Source of the DNA: Nitrosopumilus sp.
Lineage (GTDB): Archaea; Thermoproteota; Nitrososphaeria; Nitrososphaerales; Nitrosopumilaceae
Assembly (NCBI GenBank): GCA_965197525.1
Contig: OZ240211.1
Coordinates: 640,001 to 704,000 of the forward strand
Direction of reading: 5' to 3'
Length of the DNA stretch: 64,000 nt
Below are positions 31,878 through 41,482 of this stretch, in pieces. The notes beneath the pieces were generated by a model. The model saw nothing but the letters and a program-made list of their open reading frames with translations, searched no databases and was not told where the DNA came from. Numbering within the stretch: position 1 is the stretch's first letter; each line of letters begins with the position of its first letter. Both the position numbers and the translations under genes were made by a program.

Positions 31878-33191
31878 TTGAGACAAAATTTTGACGTGGC
31901 AATTATCGGAGGAGGCATACTGGGAACCAGTATATCGTATTTTCTATCACACATGATGAATTCAAAGGATATAGCAGTAATAGAACAAGCCCACAGTGTA
32001 GCATTCCACACTAGTAGTAGAAATACAGGAAAAGTTCATGCGCCATATCTTTACAATCCAGAGAAGAAAAAATTGTTTGCAAAAACAGCATTTTATGGTT
32101 TTGAAATGTGGGAGAGATATGCCAAACTACAAAACTTGCCGTTCAAACAAGACGGGGTAATCGAAGTTGCACTAGATCAAGATGATGTAAGCATTCTTGA
32201 AAAGTACCACAAATGGGGAATACAAAACGGCCTAAACGATGAAGAGATCAGACTAGTAGATTACAACGAATTAAAGAAGATAGAACCTGAGATTAAATGC
32301 CATGCAGCTCTGTGTGTTTACAAAGATGCCTCTACTGATTATTTAGCACTGACTAACTCGATGATGAGAGATAGCAGTAAAAACGGCATAAACTTTTTGC
32401 TAGGTAAACGAGTCACAAAAATAAAAAAAGAAAAAGGCAGGTGGAACATAACATTGAATGATACAGAAACCATCTATGCAAAATATATGATTAATGCGGC
32501 AGGTGGAGAGGCAGTAGACATTGCACATCGTGTAAACGTTGCAGAGGATTTTACGGATGTGCACTTTAGAGGAGAGTATTTGAAAGTTCCAAAAGAGTAC
32601 AACAATTTGACTAAAACAAGCATATACTCTGTCCCCGAGTTTCCAGAGTATCCATTTTTGGATCCGCATTGGATTGTCAGAGTCAATGGTAATTGCGAGA
32701 TAGGTCCGAATGCGGTTCCTGTGTTTAGTCCATACGGATACAGTAAGACAGAGAACATCAAAGAGTTCATTCCAAAGATGGTAGAGATGTTAAGCACGGG
32801 TGCAAGAAAGACAATCTTCGATAAACAGTTCCAAGAGTTGGCATTAAGCGAGGTACAGTCATCTGTCTCAAAATCAGTGATGATTAATAGGGTAAAGAGA
32901 TTTTTACCAAAGATCAATCCAGATAAAATTACAGAAAAGGGTACGGCAGGCATAAGATCGACGATTATAGACAAAGATGGAAGATTTGTAGCAGATGTAA
33001 TGATACAAAAAGACGAATCATCGTGTCATATTTTAAACTACAACTCACCGGGGGCCACAGGAGCATTGCCGTTTGCAGCACATGTCATCAACCAATTAAA
33101 AGAAGACGGGGAAGGATTGTTTGACGGCATGGAATTAGATGTAAAGTGTGGTCCATGGAAGTTTACAGAGATTGTAGATAGATTACAATAA
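31878..33191 (+). CDS. FAD-dependent oxidoreductase, L-2-hydroxyglutarate oxidase (LhgO)-like
   Basis: GGGILG, HTSSRNTGKVHA, FRGEY, SPGATGALPFA. Confidence 0.8.
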   Translation: MRQNFDVAIIGGGILGTSISYFLSHMMNSKDIAVIEQAHSVAFHTSSRNTGKVHAPYLYNPEKKKLFAKTAFYGFEMWERYAKLQNLPFKQDGVIEVALDQDDVSILEKYHKWGIQNGLNDEEIRLVDYNELKKIEPEIKCHAALCVYKDASTDYLALTNSMMRDSSKNGINFLLGKRVTKIKKEKGRWNITLNDTETIYAKYMINAAGGEAVDIAHRVNVAEDFTDVHFRGEYLKVPKEYNNLTKTSIYSVPEFPEYPFLDPHWIVRVNGNCEIGPNAVPVFSPYGYSKTENIKEFIPKMVEMLSTGARKTIFDKQFQELALSEVQSSVSKSVMINRVKRFLPKINPDKITEKGTAGIRSTIIDKDGRFVADVMIQKDESSCHILNYNSPGATGALPFAAHVINQLKEDGEGLFDGMELDVKCGPWKFTEIVDRLQ

Positions 33192-33197
33192 AAGGAC

Positions 33198-33416
33198 ATG
33201 TTCACGTTCATTCGCTACCACGGTATGGAGCCTACCAACAACGAATTCGAACGCATGTAACGCAAGGTGACAATACACCACAAACTAAAAACTGGTAACT
33301 GTCAGAGGAAAGATCATGTTCTACACTATAATGACATGTCTGTTTACATAGGACAAGATGGGGTTGGATTGGTTCAAAAAGATGACAGAACCGTTCTGGG
33401 CGACCTAACCTGCTAC
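33198..33416 (+). pseudogene. 3' remnant of an IS66-family transposase
   Basis: Broken reading FTFIRYHGMEPTNNEFERM*RKV...MTCLFT*DKMGLDWFKKM, matching the IS66 C-terminal PTNNxAERxLR region. Confidence 0.6.
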
Positions 33417-33592
33417 ATTAGCTGTAGTACAACGATTATATAATAGAATAGTGTATTATACGTACGGTTCTGCGTGGTAACATGCTAGCGAGGGTAGATG
33501 CACACAAGTGATGAGAACTCCAAGGATCGCCTTCACTTATTCAACAGTACAAATCCTTTCCGTTTCCATCCCTGATTGGATTTGAGTTTATT

Positions 33593-34672
33593 TTACTTGA
33601 TCCTATAGCGAAGTATGGCAAGTACAGAGTCGTCAATATCTAATCTTTTGATTATCCTAGGCGACATTACAAATTCAATTTTAGCCAAAGTACTCTTTGC
33701 AATATCTAACATTTTGACTATATTTTTGAAATGAGTGGTATTAGACCTGTAATTTGCAGATACTATCAGCGTATCAACTGCTCCTATTTGCAATGCTTTG
33801 TAAATGACAGCATTTCTTCTAGCAGTCAGTCCCTGTTTGATCAGAGTATCATATTTTTGGACTAGCTCCTCAACATATCTTCTTCTATAGTGGTATAGGT
33901 GATGAATTATTTTTTTGCGGATGTCATCAATCGGAGTAGAGAAAGACAACTCCTCAACGAACTGACATTTTTTAGCCAATTCAGAGTGCAACTCGTCATA
34001 AAATACTGTCTTTGCAGGACCAGGCCCTCCCAACAAGATTAGTTCAGAGTCAGAACTCATGTTGTATACCTTGTTTGCCACTTTTTTGAAAAATACGTGA
34101 ATCTTTGTTTGTCGTGCCCTAAGGAATCTTCCTTGACTCTGACCACCCTTTTTGTGTCTCCCCTGAAGATCGATTTGGAGCTTAGACTCTTGTACTAGTT
34201 GACTGCCTCGAAATATCTGAATCCGCGCAGATTTTTGATCAATAGTTATCAGAGTTACATCATAGCTGGTCTTTAGTATGTCGCGGAATGGTTTTAGATA
34301 TGGTCTTTTAGTTGCCATATAGATAAATGGTAATTTTTTTGCAGTTCCCACTGCTTTGACGATTATCTTGCCATCAGAACTGCCACCACCGCCATCTCTC
34401 CAGCCAAATACACAGAGTGTCTTTACAAATTTACCGACAGTTGTGGGATTGTCTGCGAGTTTGAGTATCTTTTGTTCAATCTTTGACTCTATCTCTTCGA
34501 ATGATTCGTCTCTTTTGCTATCATGTAGCATGGATATGGTTTGCTTGCCACTTCCGTAAGGATAGTAGACGGATATACACGGAGAGTTTACTTTTTTGAT
34601 CTCGTAAAGAAACTGATTTAAGAGAAGCCATTCAGAAGGAGTGATTTGGGATGGTTCTGAATAATTTGCCAT
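33593..34672 (-). CDS. aeRF1 (release factor) paralogue with GGQ but without NIKS/YxCxxxF
   Basis: GRHKKGGQSQGRF in domain 2, GPGPAK, GAVDTLIVS in domain 3; N domain divergent. Confidence 0.75.
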   Translation of the reverse strand: MANYSEPSQITPSEWLLLNQFLYEIKKVNSPCISVYYPYGSGKQTISMLHDSKRDESFEEIESKIEQKILKLADNPTTVGKFVKTLCVFGWRDGGGGSSDGKIIVKAVGTAKKLPFIYMATKRPYLKPFRDILKTSYDVTLITIDQKSARIQIFRGSQLVQESKLQIDLQGRHKKGGQSQGRFLRARQTKIHVFFKKVANKVYNMSSDSELILLGGPGPAKTVFYDELHSELAKKCQFVEELSFSTPIDDIRKKIIHHLYHYRRRYVEELVQKYDTLIKQGLTARRNAVIYKALQIGAVDTLIVSANYRSNTTHFKNIVKMLDIAKSTLAKIEFVMSPRIIKRLDIDDSVLAILRYRIK

Positions 34673-34702
34673 GATTTGTGACTGTATCTAGTTCATAAAA
34701 AC

Positions 34703-34810
34703 GGTTCTGTCTGGTTATCAGGATCTAACATATTAACTCTGTTTTTTTAAAAAGTTAACAAGTCAAATCCCATACTGTTGACTTTGACATATCGACTATT
34801 CGGATTACCA
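34703..34810 (-). mobile_element. Orphan right end related to the TnpB elements
   Basis: 34778-34810 is identical over 33 bp to the tnpB 3' end (37261-37293); TIR-like GGTTCTGTCTGGTTATCAGG at 34703. Confidence 0.65.
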
Positions 34811-35299
34811 GTCTACATGGTTCCGACAATCATTTCACAGGGTTCAATAACAACAATACCATGGAAATAGCCCAGTTCACCCACTACGGATCGGATGAGT
34901 GGTACACAGACGTGCAGATTCCAACGACCGACCAGAAGTGGAACGGCTATGTATGAGAGTGAGATACTGGCATCGAGTCGATCATACACATTACCGAATT
35001 GTTCATAAATGAGGAACCATGATTCGGTACGGTTCCGTTTATGATGCACAAACCCGGCAAATCCACGCTAGACGACGGGGAGTAAAAGTTTACACTGATC
35101 TTTTGGTGTTTTTTGGAAAACCATTTGATGTAATAGCAGTAGATTGAAATGTACCCAAAATTTAGTCGATTATCATGCCACTAGAAAATTCCATCCTTAT
35201 AGGAAATCAAAAGCAACAAGGTGCAAATAGAGTGACATCAACTGCACAAGGCGATATGTATATAGATGAGTTTATGGTATATTTTATAAGAGATATAAC

Positions 35300-35446
35300 A
35301 TGGCTTTAAGAACTATCGCACCGTTAGATGACAAGAGTTGGAAGATCCTAACCGAGGGTTTGGAGAAAGGTCAAACCAAGGAAGAAGCCAAGTTTTTACA
35401 AGAAGCTTTGGAAGACAAGCGTAAGATTAAGTTCAATGGACAGTAA
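35300..35446 (+). CDS. Putative antitoxin (48 aa) of a GNAT toxin-antitoxin pair
   Basis: Manual translation MALRTIAPLDDKSWKILTEGLEKGQTKEEAKFLQEALEDKRKIKFNGQ; ends 6 nt before the GNAT gene; resembles the C-terminal part of DUF1778 antitoxins. Confidence 0.55.
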   Translation: MALRTIAPLDDKSWKILTEGLEKGQTKEEAKFLQEALEDKRKIKFNGQ

Positions 35447-35452
35447 CCGTTC

Positions 35453-35956
35453 ATGAAAATCAATTTTTCCAAAGTAGAGTGCTGTCGATTATCTGACACA
35501 ACTCCAGGCATAGATACGTTTGAGAATAACGAGAAAGAGCTAGTCGATTTTATTCAAAATGATGCCCTAGATGATCAGAACAAAAAGATTGGCACTACCT
35601 GGACTTGGATATATGATAAAAATATCCTGATCAGTTTCGTGACACTTGCAATGTTTTCAATCGATAAAAAAACATATCGGTTTGATGCAGACAAGTATCC
35701 TTATCGCATGATACCATCTCTGTTAATTGGCCAACTAGCAACTCATAAGAGATACGAGTGTTGTGGGCTTGGCAGGGAGATGATCTACTTTGCAATACGC
35801 AGAGCACATGATGCATCACAAACAGTAGGATGTAGATGCATTGCCCTTCATCCACTGCCAAACGCAGTATCATGGTATCAAACAAAGACACCATTTAGAT
35901 TAATCAAAAATGGCAAACAGCGCATCATGTATTTGGACATGATTCAGAAGCAATAG
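35453..35956 (+). CDS. GNAT acetyltransferase of the AtaT/TacT toxin type
   Basis: F..L..F...A start, IPSLLIGQLATHKRYECCGLGREMI, GCRCIALHP...AVSWY. Confidence 0.75.
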   Translation: MKINFSKVECCRLSDTTPGIDTFENNEKELVDFIQNDALDDQNKKIGTTWTWIYDKNILISFVTLAMFSIDKKTYRFDADKYPYRMIPSLLIGQLATHKRYECCGLGREMIYFAIRRAHDASQTVGCRCIALHPLPNAVSWYQTKTPFRLIKNGKQRIMYLDMIQKQ

Positions 35957-36315
35957 TATAAGATCAGCCTGCTCCTGATGGTGACTCCCTGTAGGTATAA
36001 CGACGCTAGAAAAGATTTGTAAAAAATATGATCGGCTAGGCTGAGCACAAGTTATTGGGTTTACAGGCATGGAACTTAGTCTTTTACCGTCAAAGAACCT
36101 ACAAAACCACGACTATTAAGGAAGGATCAGATACAAAAATTATTGAAAGTGTTTGATACAACGTTCAAATTCAGTTGGCATGCTTAATCTGATCTGATTT
36201 TGGATTAGTTAGGCGTGGTTGATGATAATTAGGAAGCAATGTTGCTGATTTTGAATCAAAGATTTGGACAACGTCGTTTATCAGGATAATGATGAAATAA
36301 TTTGATAGTTATAGA

Positions 36316-36420
36316 TGGCGCCGGGAGGGAGATTTGAACTCCCGTTCCCTTGCGAGAACGCGCTTTATGGTACATTGCTGTTTTCCAGGCGCGCGCCCTA
36401 CCAGGCTAGGCGACCCCGGC
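36316..36420 (-). tRNA. tRNA-Ser(GGA) with 18-nt intron at 37/38, CCA encoded
   Basis: GCCGGGG/TCCCGGC acceptor, G73, anticodon arm CGCGC-CTGGAA[intron]A-GCGCG, long variable arm, GGGAG-TTCAAAT-CTCCC T arm. Confidence 0.93.
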
Positions 36421-36482
36421 ACAAATCTTGCGATAATGACAGTAAAAAAATTATGATTATAAATTGTGTTATCTAGAAAATT

Positions 36483-37073
36483 CTAAACTACTGTAACAGT
36501 GATTGATGCCGTAATCGGAGTCGAGTCAGCAGTAAAAGTATGCAACTTGTAGACACCAGCTAAAACAGGCGTTCTGTCAGTTTTCAGCAGATCCCATGTG
36601 AATGTGACTTGCTGACCAGGTTCCAAAGTTTGCAGCGTATCCTCATCATTGCCCATGTCTGGATTACTCTGCGTGTTAGTATCAATGGTGTCAGAATTGG
36701 GAATAGTATCAAAAATGATATTATTGTTATTGTTATTATTGCTACTATTGCTATCACTAGCACCATATATCACAAAACCTGCCAAGCCCGTAATCTTAAA
36801 ACCAAATGATGAGTCTGAGAATACCAATGGAACGGTTCCAGTATTCACGATACGAATCTGTACAGTATCACCTTGCTTGTAAACAGTCTTATCAGTTAGT
36901 ATGGACAGAGATGGGCCATCAGAGAAGACAAGTTCGTTCGGATTTTTTAGATCATAAAGATACACGCCAAACAGGAATCCTGATACAACACCTACTGCGA
37001 TAAAGACTACAAGGCTCTTAGCTAGCAACAAACAATGTATGATGTATTGATTTTTTAATTCTTTGTAGTGCAA
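36483..37073 (-). CDS. Membrane-anchored extracellular Ig-like protein (BsuPI-like C-terminus) with poly-Asn insert
   Basis: N-terminal TM helix; TDKTVYKQGDTVQI; LEPGQQVTFTWD. Confidence 0.6.
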   Translation of the reverse strand: MHYKELKNQYIIHCLLLAKSLVVFIAVGVVSGFLFGVYLYDLKNPNELVFSDGPSLSILTDKTVYKQGDTVQIRIVNTGTVPLVFSDSSFGFKITGLAGFVIYGASDSNSSNNNNNNNIIFDTIPNSDTIDTNTQSNPDMGNDEDTLQTLEPGQQVTFTWDLLKTDRTPVLAGVYKLHTFTADSTPITASITVTVV

Positions 37074-37225
37074 AAAACACCGTAATGATTTTTAGGCATA
37101 TCAGAATCAGATGTTACTATAAACTAGAACATGTAGTCAGATGTTTAATGCAGGATACGATGCAACTGTTTACACGGATTTGTACGTATGGATAAAAGTA
37201 GCTAGTTGAAATATATCAGATCTGA

Positions 37226-38512
37226 GGTTCTGTGAAGTTATCGGGAGTTAACCCCTAAACTTGACTTTGACATATCGACTATTCGGATTACCAATGGTGT
37301 GCTGGGTTCCGTCATCGCCGGCTCAAAAGTGCCAGACTGCGCTTCACATATGTCATCTCTACTGCCCCTAAACCTAGGGGGCAGCTTGCGTGATATGTTC
37401 ATGGCAGCGATGATGTCTCTGTCCATAAACAAACCGCAATTATTACACGACAATTTACGATGTTGTTGCATGTCCTCTTGGAGTCTCTTTCCGCATTGCG
37501 GACACTGCGTGCTCGTGTTTCTTGGGTCTACTGTCTCGACGGGAGGCAGCCCGACCCATTGGGCCTTGTATTCTATTTGGCGTTGTAACTCGTAGAATTG
37601 CCACCCGTTCAATCTACGTCTGTACTTGTTACCTTGGCTGTTTCCTTTTCGGTACAATTTTCTTATTCCTTTCAGATTTTCCATGACGATTGCAGTCTTG
37701 TTTTTGACTGCGTTGTCTACTATATCCTTTGAGATTCTGTGGATGTACTGCTTTGCTCTGTTAGTCAGTCTTTTCTGTTTTTCCTTGTAGAACTGATTTT
37801 TCTTCCTGCGATCATTTCTGTGGAAGCCTGCCCTGGCGTGTATTGTGTTCTCCTTTATGGATAACAGTTTGTTTGTCTTGTAGACTGTCACCTCTTCCTC
37901 GTTCCCACACGTCACATTTCTTAGGTTTCTGTCTATTCCCACTTTCTTGGTGCACTCTATCTCTTGTACTTTTTTTGAAACACAAAGACTGATGTTGAGA
38001 GCAGTCAATGAAAACGAGCGCACCGTCAAGGCGGGATCAGATAGGATTTTTTGGGTGTGCTGGTTTAGTAAAATGTTGATTGGGTTATGTTTCTTGTATG
38101 GGATTGTTAGTAGGACACCGTTGTGTTTTATGCCGTAACAGTTTGTCATAAAGGGATTTTTGACTATTGGGTCTCTTATTCTGACACCTCGTTTGATTGA
38201 TTGTTTTCTGTTTGATAATATGCCTGCAGCTCTTGATATTGCACATATCTTGTATGTTGATAAAATGTCATAGTTACGTAATTCATGATAACATAACATG
38301 GACAACCTCTTCATATTGTGAGTGTCTTCTTTCAACCCTATCTTGATGCAATGATTGACCATCTTTGTGAATGTACTCATCATATCCATTAGATCAGAGT
38401 TTGGCGTATATTTCTGTGATATTGACTTTATCGCTTTCAACGAATATCTTACGGTTTAGAGGTTTATACATTTTAGGGATTGACAGATAACCCCCGATAA
38501 CTTCACAGAATC
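37226..38512 (-). mobile_element. TnpB-only element with IS6-like TIRs, copy 2 (1287 bp), 8-bp TSD AGATCTGA
   Basis: TIRs match at 23/25; AGATCTGA at 37218-37225 and 38513-38520. Confidence 0.92.
37238..38440 (-). CDS. tnpB: TnpB RNA-guided nuclease (copy 2)
   Basis: Intact D-E-D RuvC triad and zinc finger; near-identical to copy 1. Confidence 0.95.
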   Translation of the reverse strand: MKAIKSISQKYTPNSDLMDMMSTFTKMVNHCIKIGLKEDTHNMKRLSMLCYHELRNYDILSTYKICAISRAAGILSNRKQSIKRGVRIRDPIVKNPFMTNCYGIKHNGVLLTIPYKKHNPINILLNQHTQKILSDPALTVRSFSLTALNISLCVSKKVQEIECTKKVGIDRNLRNVTCGNEEEVTVYKTNKLLSIKENTIHARAGFHRNDRRKKNQFYKEKQKRLTNRAKQYIHRISKDIVDNAVKNKTAIVMENLKGIRKLYRKGNSQGNKYRRRLNGWQFYELQRQIEYKAQWVGLPPVETVDPRNTSTQCPQCGKRLQEDMQQHRKLSCNNCGLFMDRDIIAAMNISRKLPPRFRGSRDDICEAQSGTFEPAMTEPSTPLVIRIVDMSKSSLGVNSR

Positions 38513-38656
38513 AGATCTGACAAAATACAAGTAGAACCGTAAAGATATGACTTTAAGGACGATTGCATGGAACTTGTGTGCATATAGATTAGTTGCTGAA
38601 GTTGTTATGCCACATGCATACGTGTTCAGTACGCATACAAGTAGCAGCAGGCACCA

Positions 38657-39694
38657 TTACGACTTTTTGGCATCGTTGCCGTGATCGCGATTATGGCTGC
38701 TGCTACTGCCAGGTCTTGAACGCCATTTCTTGGGATACGTACCAGGAGACATTATGATTCTCTTTGTCTCAAACGCATAACCCTTTGTAGCATCACGTAT
38801 CTCATCATCAGACATGGTAGCCTCTGCTAAAGCTACAACCTCACCTTTTTGTGTATAAACCCCAACTATATCACCTCGCCTCAAATTTTGAGATATCTGT
38901 AATATTCCAGGTACTGCAAGCTGAGCACCATGACACATGGCATCAACTGCAGAGTCACGAATCACAACTGATTTTATCTCACTGAGTGCATGCTCTACAG
39001 GCTTTATCATCTGGAGCAGTTTAGTGTCGTCATGCTTCTCTTCCCACAATGAATATGCATCAGCTAGTTGATGCAGCGTTACAAGACCGTCTGATTCACA
39101 AAACTGGTCCACCCGAGTTCTACGCAACTCTATCATGGTGGCGCCAGGACCTAATATCTCCCCCATATCATAGTACAGTTTTCTAATGTAGGTTCCTGCC
39201 TCACACAGTATCCGTGTTAACAGTAATCGCTCTCTCTGTTCTATAATCTGAAACTCGTATATCGTTCTGGTCCTTGTCTGTCTGAGTACGGCTGAACGTT
39301 GTGGTGGTTTTTGGAATATCTCACCTTGAAACATCTCAACTACCTGAGCCAATCTCTTAGGAGAAGGTAAACTATGAATGCGACCCAATGCATGATATTC
39401 TTTGGGACCATACAGCAGTACACCCAACGCCTTTGTTGCATCTCCCAATCCTAACGGCAGTACGCCGGATACCTGCGGGTCTAATGTTCCGCTGTGACCA
39501 ATTTTTGATAGTTTCAGCAGACGTTTAGTCCATGCCACAGTCTCATGACTTGTGGGACCAGGGGGCTTGTCTAACAAAATGATGCCATAGTTTAGCAATT
39601 GTGATACATCCCTCTTGTCATAAAATGTCCCATAGGCAGGATCAGTAATATCTTGATCAATCTCTACCAAATTTTGCAGTTGTTTTAAAGTCAT
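38657..39694 (-). CDS. cbf5: H/ACA pseudouridine synthase Cbf5
   Basis: LDKPPGPTSHE, GHSGTLDP, CEAGTYIR, PUA domain. Confidence 0.95.
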   Translation of the reverse strand: MTLKQLQNLVEIDQDITDPAYGTFYDKRDVSQLLNYGIILLDKPPGPTSHETVAWTKRLLKLSKIGHSGTLDPQVSGVLPLGLGDATKALGVLLYGPKEYHALGRIHSLPSPKRLAQVVEMFQGEIFQKPPQRSAVLRQTRTRTIYEFQIIEQRERLLLTRILCEAGTYIRKLYYDMGEILGPGATMIELRRTRVDQFCESDGLVTLHQLADAYSLWEEKHDDTKLLQMIKPVEHALSEIKSVVIRDSAVDAMCHGAQLAVPGILQISQNLRRGDIVGVYTQKGEVVALAEATMSDDEIRDATKGYAFETKRIIMSPGTYPKKWRSRPGSSSSHNRDHGNDAKKS

Positions 39695-40263
39695 AACAAC
39701 TCACTTACCTTATTCTTTGCAATATCAATTACTTGCTGCGCACTACGGTTATCAGTATCAATCACCAAGTCAAACACGGACTTGTCTTGACCAAAATCAA
39801 ACTTGTACAACTTTTTGTACAATGCCTTGTTCTTGTCAAAACGTCTCTTGGTAATCTCGTATGCATCCTTTGATTCCATGTTATCCCTTGACTGCATCCG
39901 CTGTGTACTACTTGCATGAGAACCATCAAGCCAGATGCTTATTCCGCCGCCGCCGCCGTCACGTACCAGCCAAGGCAACGTATAACTGGTGATAACCATT
40001 CCGCCTTGTTTGAAAATTTTGACAAGTGTGTCGTCAATCTCTCTGTCAAACTTGGAGTTTAACTCACGCTGTTGTAGAAATTTCATTCCATCAACAGTAT
40101 CCCACCAATCATCACCACGAGAATCAAAACCTTGTTTTGCAGCCAACTCTTTTAAGATGTCACCCCCACTAATATACTCCAAGTCAAATACTTGAGCTAG
40201 TCCCTTTGCAACCGTTGTTTTGCCGACTGCAGGTGGTCCTGAGATAACGATAGATTTTGTCAA
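39691..40263 (-). CDS. cmk: Cytidylate kinase (archaeal type)
   Basis: ISGPPAVGKTT, operon context. Confidence 0.9.
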   Translation of the reverse strand: MTKSIVISGPPAVGKTTVAKGLAQVFDLEYISGGDILKELAAKQGFDSRGDDWWDTVDGMKFLQQRELNSKFDREIDDTLVKIFKQGGMVITSYTLPWLVRDGGGGGISIWLDGSHASSTQRMQSRDNMESKDAYEITKRRFDKNKALYKKLYKFDFGQDKSVFDLVIDTDNRSAQQVIDIAKNKVSELL

Positions 40264-40892
40264 CTGAAATCCATCGAGGTTTTTGTTAGCTTCATGATTA
40301 TACCACTAAATGCAATAGAGGCCAAAAAATACCATGCCCACAAGTATATCCCGTTCTCCTTACCAAAACACACATGTGCCTCATCTAATGCTTGTTCAGC
40401 TGTACATGTCAACTGGAAAAATTCACCAGGTATAACATTCAATGGTATAGGGGATATAGCTACAGTATACGTGAATAGTTGCGGTAAAACTAGATAAAAT
40501 ATAAGAATCAACGGAACAAATGTAATTAGCATAGGTCTCATATTCATCTGCATCATCTCCATTGACATTTTGTTCATGTAAGATGATTTTTTGCTTAATT
40601 CGGCGATCCTTGCTTGATCTTTTGAACGCATGGCAGCCATCCTCTCTTTTTGCCACGCTTTAGTCTCCTTCATAATACGTTTTAGCTTTACTTGGTCAAC
40701 CATCTTTTTTCTGACTGCGGCATTAAAGATGTTAAGCATGATACCAAATCCTGCTACTGTAAACATGGAGAGGATCAAACCTTTGATGATAGGATCATCG
40801 CTACCAAGTGCATTACGTGCGCCTTCCTCAAACATCTCAAACTGAAGTGAGATGCCTTCAAGAAATAAGAGTAAAAAAGCAGCAGCATCCAT
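40260..40892 (-). CDS. DUF106 / EMC3-TMCO1 (Oxa1 superfamily) membrane protein
   Basis: MRPMLITFVP, WYFLAS; position between adk and cmk. Confidence 0.85.
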   Translation of the reverse strand: MDAAAFLLLFLEGISLQFEMFEEGARNALGSDDPIIKGLILSMFTVAGFGIMLNIFNAAVRKKMVDQVKLKRIMKETKAWQKERMAAMRSKDQARIAELSKKSSYMNKMSMEMMQMNMRPMLITFVPLILIFYLVLPQLFTYTVAISPIPLNVIPGEFFQLTCTAEQALDEAHVCFGKENGIYLWAWYFLASIAFSGIIMKLTKTSMDFS

Positions 40893-40894
40893 AG

Positions 40895-41482
40895 TTACAA
40901 CAGTCCTATCGCAGTAATAATCTTCATCGCGGCTTCTTGGATGTTTCCTTCGCCATTTTGAACGTGTCTAACGGGTGCACCGGTAATAACAGTACAGGCT
41001 GCGATCATACCTGACTGAACATTTAATTCTTTTTTAATGTTAGGGAGAGTGATCTTGTCCCTGACACGAGTGGTATCACGCATTCGTCTGTTGTAAATCT
41101 CTTCAGGTTTTGCAGAGACTGATACAAAATTTGTGGGTTTAATGATCTTCAATACGTATTCAGGCAATCCTGGATAGTACCCTTCAGGCGAGTGGATAAA
41201 TGCGTGGGTGTCAATAATAATGACATCCTCAGTACATGCTGCTATCTCGTTTGCAGCTTCCCGTTGCAGGTACTGTTGTTGTGATATAGGCAGTCGTCTG
41301 AGCTCGTCTCGGTCTGTTGTATTGTTTTGTTTTGCAACCTCAAACATAAGGGTGCCATAGCTTATTACCTTGACGTCTTTCTTGCGTTGTTCCAGTATCT
41401 CAACGATGGTAGACAACAGAGAGGTCTTCCCAACTCCTGGGATCCCAACCATTACAACCACTTTTTTGTTACTTCCGTCCAA
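40895..41482 (-). CDS. adkA: Adenylate kinase (archaeal); start set at TTG 41482
   Basis: GIPGVGKTS, DTHA, GYYPGLP. Confidence 0.9.
   Translation of the reverse strand: MDGSNKKVVVMVGIPGVGKTSLLSTIVEILEQRKKDVKVISYGTLMFEVAKQNNTTDRDELRRLPISQQQYLQREAANEIAACTEDVIIIDTHAFIHSPEGYYPGLPEYVLKIIKPTNFVSVSAKPEEIYNRRMRDTTRVRDKITLPNIKKELNVQSGMIAACTVITGAPVRHVQNGEGNIQEAAMKIITAIGLL

Noticed and set aside
33466-33481. GGTTCTGCGTGGTAAC as another IS6-like end
   Set aside because: Only a 7-bp core match, with no partner end or TSD identified.
34812-35100. Degraded coding-like sequence next to the orphan end
   Set aside because: Several stops and no family recognised; cannot support a call.
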